Assembly: GCA_963848965.1 (NCBI GenBank)
Contig: CAWKFG010000001.1
Coordinates: 224,001-288,000 of the forward strand
Length of the DNA stretch: 64,000 nt
Reading direction: 5' to 3'
DNA from: an uncultured bacterium
Lineage (GTDB): Bacteria; Babelota; Babeliae; Babelales; Babelaceae
The position numbers and the translations under genes were made by a program. The first letter of the stretch is position 1. Every line of letters starts with the position of its first letter. A model generated the notes under the pieces. The model searched no databases, was not told the DNA's origin, and saw nothing but the letters and a program-made list of their open reading frames with translations. Positions 59,354 to 64,000 of this stretch are shown here, in pieces.

Positions 59354-62344
59354 ATGTTAAAAGTCATAGGGAACCTCGTGCAATTGAGATTTTTGTTTAC
59401 GTTTATACTAGCTGCTACAAGTACTTTTCCACTTTTTAGTATGGAAAAAGTTTTTAATACTTTTAATACTAAAGAAGAGGATCGTCAGCAGACTAGTCAG
59501 GTATATGGTGAGACAGAAGAAGAATATATAGAGAAAATAGAGTCCTATTATAAAAATCTGCCCTCAGATACTCTACTTCAGCGATTCTCGATGTCTTTTT
59601 TTTCTATAACAGAAAAGTTATTGGTATCTGCTATTACTTATAAAATGGCAGAAGCATATTTAAAAGCAACTTTTGAGCCAGTTACTCCTCTTCTTAATAA
59701 ATTTGGAGATTGTACTGCTTTAATGCTTGCATGTCTTATTGGAGATAGGACATTGGTAACTCTTTTTCTTAGTGCAAAAGCTGACGTTAATGGGGCTAAT
59801 AAACTTGGCTGGACAGCTCTTATGCTTGCAGCACGAAAAGGGAACGTAGAGCTGGTAAAACAGCTACTCAATGCAGGAGCAAATAGTAATGTGCAAGTAC
59901 CACACTCAGGTTGGACTGCTTTAAACCTTGCAATAAAAAATGGACACAAAGATGTAGTCGCATTACTTCTTGATAAAGGAGCAGATGTTTCTTTGAGGTC
60001 TTTAGATAGAAAAAGTGCTTTAAACCTTGCTGCACAGTATGGGTACAAAGATATAGTAGAAATGCTTCTTGAAAGAAAAGTACTTTTAGAAACTAAAGAT
60101 GGAGAAGAAGCTACTCCGTTACTGCGAGCTATAGAAAAAGGACATAAAGAAATAGTCTCTTTATTGCTTAACCATGGTGCTAATGTGGATGCTACATGCC
60201 TTATTAAACAAAGAGGTAGCAATACAGCATTGATACTTGCAGCACGAGCTGGTAATGAGCACATAGTTGATTTGTTACTCAAGCGAGGTGTTTTTGTTAA
60301 TGAATGTAATAGCCAAGGGCAAACACCAGCTACATTTGCAGGGCTTACAGGAAATGAAACTATTTTGCAAAGACTCTTAGATGTTGGGTCTTCTACTCAA
60401 GACATTAAAACGCAGGCATTATTGGGAGCTGCTTTCAAAGGTCATAGAGGTATGGTAAGTAGGTTACTCAAGCAAGGAGTTTCTGCTAACATAAAAGCAT
60501 CCGTTAATATAAAAGCTATGAATGAAGATCCTCTTGATGAGGCTTTACTAAGCTGTTTAGAAGAATATAGAGGACATGAGAGTGCTTTAACGCTTGCTGT
60601 ACAGGGTGGACATAAAGATATAGTAATACTACTTCTTGAGGCAGGTGCTGATGTTAACTATAAGAATGAGCATGGTATTACTCCCTTATTAATTGCAATA
60701 AAAAAAGGGGATAGGGATTTAGTAAAATTACTGCTAGGTCGTGGAGCTTCATTGAATATAGAGGCTGATGTAACCACAAAAAAAGACAATAGAGATTTTT
60801 TTGATGAAATGTTTGATGATGCTGATTTAATCCCTTCAGATAGAGCAAAGCGTAGAAATAAGGATCTTCCTGAGGCTTTAAAGGAACAAAAGAATGCTAT
60901 AATGCTTGCTGTACAGAGTGGACATAAAGATATAGTAATATTACTTCTTGATGCGGGTGCTGATGTTAACTATAAAAATGAGCGAGGAGTTACTCCCTTA
61001 TTAGTTGCAATAGAAAGAGGCGATAGAGATTTAGTAAAATTACTGCTAGATCGTGGAGCTTCAGTAAGTATATGCGACAATAAAAAAGCTACAGCTTTTA
61101 TCTACGCAGGTAGAGCAGGACATATAGAGGTATTACAAGACCTTTTAATGTGGTGTGGAGATAAAGGGACAGCTAAAGTTGAGGCTCTATTTGGTGCAAT
61201 TTATGCTCATGATACTTATCTTATAAATACATTACTTAGTATGAAAACAGATGTTACTGCAAAAAACCAAACGGGCTTTACTACATTGCACACAAGTGTA
61301 GAGACGAGATTGGCTAAAGAAACAGTAGCACTTCTTATTGATGCTGGTGCAGATGTTAATGCTCAGGATGATAATGGCTGGACTCCTTTAATGTATGCAG
61401 CTAGTGGTTGCTACCAAGAATTAGTATCATTACTTGTTAATCGCGGAGCTGATTGTAGTATTAAAAATAGCAAGGGTGATACTGCTTTAATAGTAGCTCT
61501 AAAGGGGTGGAAAAGGTTGGATCAGTGTAATAAACATGAAAATCCTACAGAAACGGTTAGGATTCTTCTTGAAAGAGAAACAGATAACCATATTCTAGAA
61601 AAACATAGAGGTTGTATACTTAATCGAAACAGGAACCACGGTCATCAACTTCTTTCATTATTCATTGCAAAAGGTATGATACTTACTCCTTTACCTACAG
61701 AGCAATGGCCACCGGTTCAGCTTTATCAAAGCCATTTTACAGAGGGCGAGTATTACGAAACTCGAGGTGGAGACTCTATAACGATGGATGCTCTTTGGGC
61801 TAAACTGTTATCATTGTTAGTGCAAGAACCCGAGGTAAAAAAGTATTTGTCTGATGCTTGTTCTGTTAATAATGAGATGCTAAAGGGATTAGATCTAATC
61901 TATCGTAGTCCAAGGGGGCATACCCTTCTTATGGTAGCATGCATGCTTGGGCATACCGAAGTTATTAAAGGGCTTAAAGATCATGTAAGTAAAGAATATT
62001 TAAATATTGTGGATGATTATGATTATTGTGCTCTTGATCATGCCTTTAAATTTGGCAAAACTGATGCTGCTATTGCCCTTATAGAAACTTATGGAAACTA
62101 CCTTGATTATTTAAAGCAAGATTCAAATTTATTTGAGATAGCTATAGACCTTGATAGCTTAAAGCTTGTTAATGTACTTTTAAAAGCTGGTCTCAGGCCT
62201 ACTGTTAAGGATTTAGAGTATTCAGCTGCTACAGGGCGTCTATTTATTATGTTTAAATTACTTATTGCTATCTCAAACAATGATCCTTACTTTATTGCTC
62301 ATCCTTATATAAGAAGGTGTTTTAAGAATATTCAACCCTTTTGA
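59354..62344 (+). CDS. Large secreted ankyrin-repeat protein
   Basis: Signal-like N-terminus ending PLFS-ME; many ankyrin repeats (GWTALMLAARKG, GITPLLIA, GWTPLMYAA). Confidence 0.92.
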   Translation: MLKVIGNLVQLRFLFTFILAATSTFPLFSMEKVFNTFNTKEEDRQQTSQVYGETEEEYIEKIESYYKNLPSDTLLQRFSMSFFSITEKLLVSAITYKMAEAYLKATFEPVTPLLNKFGDCTALMLACLIGDRTLVTLFLSAKADVNGANKLGWTALMLAARKGNVELVKQLLNAGANSNVQVPHSGWTALNLAIKNGHKDVVALLLDKGADVSLRSLDRKSALNLAAQYGYKDIVEMLLERKVLLETKDGEEATPLLRAIEKGHKEIVSLLLNHGANVDATCLIKQRGSNTALILAARAGNEHIVDLLLKRGVFVNECNSQGQTPATFAGLTGNETILQRLLDVGSSTQDIKTQALLGAAFKGHRGMVSRLLKQGVSANIKASVNIKAMNEDPLDEALLSCLEEYRGHESALTLAVQGGHKDIVILLLEAGADVNYKNEHGITPLLIAIKKGDRDLVKLLLGRGASLNIEADVTTKKDNRDFFDEMFDDADLIPSDRAKRRNKDLPEALKEQKNAIMLAVQSGHKDIVILLLDAGADVNYKNERGVTPLLVAIERGDRDLVKLLLDRGASVSICDNKKATAFIYAGRAGHIEVLQDLLMWCGDKGTAKVEALFGAIYAHDTYLINTLLSMKTDVTAKNQTGFTTLHTSVETRLAKETVALLIDAGADVNAQDDNGWTPLMYAASGCYQELVSLLVNRGADCSIKNSKGDTALIVALKGWKRLDQCNKHENPTETVRILLERETDNHILEKHRGCILNRNRNHGHQLLSLFIAKGMILTPLPTEQWPPVQLYQSHFTEGEYYETRGGDSITMDALWAKLLSLLVQEPEVKKYLSDACSVNNEMLKGLDLIYRSPRGHTLLMVACMLGHTEVIKGLKDHVSKEYLNIVDDYDYCALDHAFKFGKTDAAIALIETYGNYLDYLKQDSNLFEIAIDLDSLKLVNVLLKAGLRPTVKDLEYSAATGRLFIMFKLLIAISNNDPYFIAHPYIRRCFKNIQPF
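60592..61063 (+). repeat. Internal 160 bp direct duplication in the ankyrin gene
   Basis: 60592-60751 and 60904-61063 are highly similar at the DNA level (offset 312 bp). Confidence 0.85.
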
Positions 62345-62605
62345 ATATGGTGGTACAGTCAGCATTATTCAAAAGCAGGAACTTTTGACCATATTTTTTT
62401 GACAATGTTTATTAATAAAAGATAGTATACAACGAATGCAGTAAGTGAACGTGATGTAAAAGCCGATTTATGCTCGTGAGCTACTCTCATCTGTAGAGAT
62501 GACGGGTGGTGCAATCAAGGTGTACTATTTTTGCTAAACCTTTGTTAAAAGACAGAGCAGAAAATTTAGGCTATACTGAAAGAAAAAAGTTTTTGCAGGA
62601 CTACG

Positions 62606-64000
62606 ATGAATGATAATGGCTTAAATTTAGCGCGTAAGTGGCGATCCAAGCATTTTGATGAGCTTATTGGGCAAAAGCTTGTCGTACGTACTATTAAAAA
62701 TAGCCTGTATCGCAGCCTTATTTTCCCTGTCTATCTTTTTTCGGGTACTAAAGGATGTGGAAAGACGAGTATGGCGCGCTTATTTGCAGCTGCGCTTAAC
62801 TGTCAAGAATTGGAAACATTTAGAAAAAACCCACAAAAAACTATATTACCATGTCTTAGTTGTTTTTCTTGCACTTCTATGCAGAAAGTACAGCATCCAG
62901 ATTTTATTGAGATAGATGCAGCATCTCACACTGGTGTAGATAATGTACGTCATATTATTGATGCGTCATCTTTTGTGCCGGTACTTGGAACTAAAAAGAT
63001 CTATCTCATTGATGAAGCACATATGCTCAGTAAAGCAGCCTTTAATGCATTGCTGAAAGTGTTGGAAGAACCACCTGCTTCTGCACTTTTTATATTAGCA
63101 ACGACGGATCCTCATAAGATTCTTGATACAGTACGATCGCGCTGTTTTCAGCTTTTTTTTCATCCTATCGCTCCACCAGAGCTTGTTGCTCATCTCACGT
63201 ATGTCTGTCAACAAGAAAAGATTACGTTTGAATCTCATGCATTAGAACTTATTGCTCATACGGCAGAAGGATCTATGAGAGATGCTTTAAACATTATTGA
63301 ACGGGTACGATTAGTGCATCCAGCTCTTTCTAAGCAAGGAGTGATAGAAACACTGGGTACTCTTGATGATGAGCATCTTATACGTCTTTTAGAACGAGTG
63401 CTTACAGGAGATGCTACAGAAGTATTGCAGTTAATTGAGCAGCTTCATCTTGAACGATATAATGTGCAGATAGTATGGAAAAAGTATGTTGAGCTTTTGC
63501 GTATAGCAGTGTGGCTTAAGCAGGGTATAGAACTTACTGCTATGAGCTCTGTAAAAGAGCAGATTATTTCCTGTATTGGATCGTGCTCGCTTAATAAGCT
63601 TATTGCGATGGTAGAACTGTGTTATGCTTATGAGTTAACACTGGCAAAAACGAGTGCTCCTCATATGGTATTTGAAATGGTTCTTCTTAAAATGTGTCAA
63701 TTGCATGAAGGGCAAAAGTCGTCAGGAGTTAGAGAGGTAATTCAGCAAAAAAAAGCTGAAGTTCATGAAGTATCTGAATGGTCTCTCTTTTTACAAAAAG
63801 TAGAACAGCTTGATGATCCTTTAGTAACTTCTATATTTAAGCAAGGTGCCTTTGTGCAATGGGATAGGACTGCTCAAAAGGTGGTAGTCTCTTTTTCACA
63901 AGATCTTCTTTTTTTCAAAGAATGGTTACAAACAACACAGCAATTATGGCAGCCGCTACTTGAAGAAAGTTTTAAGAGTGTTGTAGAGCTTGATGCTCAA
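62606..64000 (+). CDS. dnaX: DNA polymerase III subunit gamma/tau, runs off the window end (missing from ORF track)
   Basis: MNDNGLNLARKWRSKHFDELIGQ, SGTKGCGKTS, EIDAASHTGVD, IDEAHML, NALLKVLEEPP, SRC; AGGA RBS. Confidence 0.97.
   Translation, partial: MNDNGLNLARKWRSKHFDELIGQKLVVRTIKNSLYRSLIFPVYLFSGTKGCGKTSMARLFAAALNCQELETFRKNPQKTILPCLSCFSCTSMQKVQHPDFIEIDAASHTGVDNVRHIIDASSFVPVLGTKKIYLIDEAHMLSKAAFNALLKVLEEPPASALFILATTDPHKILDTVRSRCFQLFFHPIAPPELVAHLTYVCQQEKITFESHALELIAHTAEGSMRDALNIIERVRLVHPALSKQGVIETLGTLDDEHLIRLLERVLTGDATEVLQLIEQLHLERYNVQIVWKKYVELLRIAVWLKQGIELTAMSSVKEQIISCIGSCSLNKLIAMVELCYAYELTLAKTSAPHMVFEMVLLKMCQLHEGQKSSGVREVIQQKKAEVHEVSEWSLFLQKVEQLDDPLVTSIFKQGAFVQWDRTAQKVVVSFSQDLLFFKEWLQTTQQLWQPLLEESFKSVVELDAQ

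Noticed and set aside
59540..59600. NLPSDTLLQRF in the large ankyrin protein as an F-box
   Set aside because: The match to the consensus is too weak to support.
59638..60282. 214-aa minus-strand ORF
   Set aside because: Lies entirely antisense to ankyrin repeats, which commonly leave an open opposite frame.
62655..62915. 86-aa ORF from the track
   Set aside because: Out-of-frame overlap with dnaX, which starts at 62606.

Overview
AT-rich bacterial chromosome segment. Two tandem ATP/ADP translocases, four large ankyrin proteins, an LRR protein and many signal-peptide proteins point to an intracellular parasite or symbiont of a eukaryote; Ca. Dependentiae/TM6 (Babelota) is my inference, not a search result. 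Housekeeping genes (lnt, rnhB, mpg, tilS, gyrB, tadA, dksA-like, rpsI, glmS, ctpA, rapZ, ftsB, two sod genes, lysS, recJ, cmk, lon, rpsB, partial dnaX, tRNA-Thr, tRNA-Ser, SRP RNA) are interspersed with candidate host-directed effectors. The standout is a ~9 kb minus-strand array (9.0-17.9 kb) of seven intron-less genes encoding eukaryote-style Krueppel C2H2 poly-zinc-finger proteins (5-12 fingers each, 55 in total, TGEKP linkers). Each has a signal peptide and a bipartite-NLS-like segment, and most have a repeated promoter cassette. Identical finger modules are shuffled among the genes, and the array also holds one divergent ZF gene, three ZF relics and a predicted secreted 2H phosphoesterase. 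It looks like a modular, recombining family of nucleus-targeted DNA-binding effectors, conceptually analogous to TALEs. Other signals: a recurrent Met just after the signal peptide of putative effectors, an F-box-like tail on the LRR protein, a signal-peptide-bearing MutS ATPase, and a dnaX slippery site arranged like the E. coli gamma/tau site.
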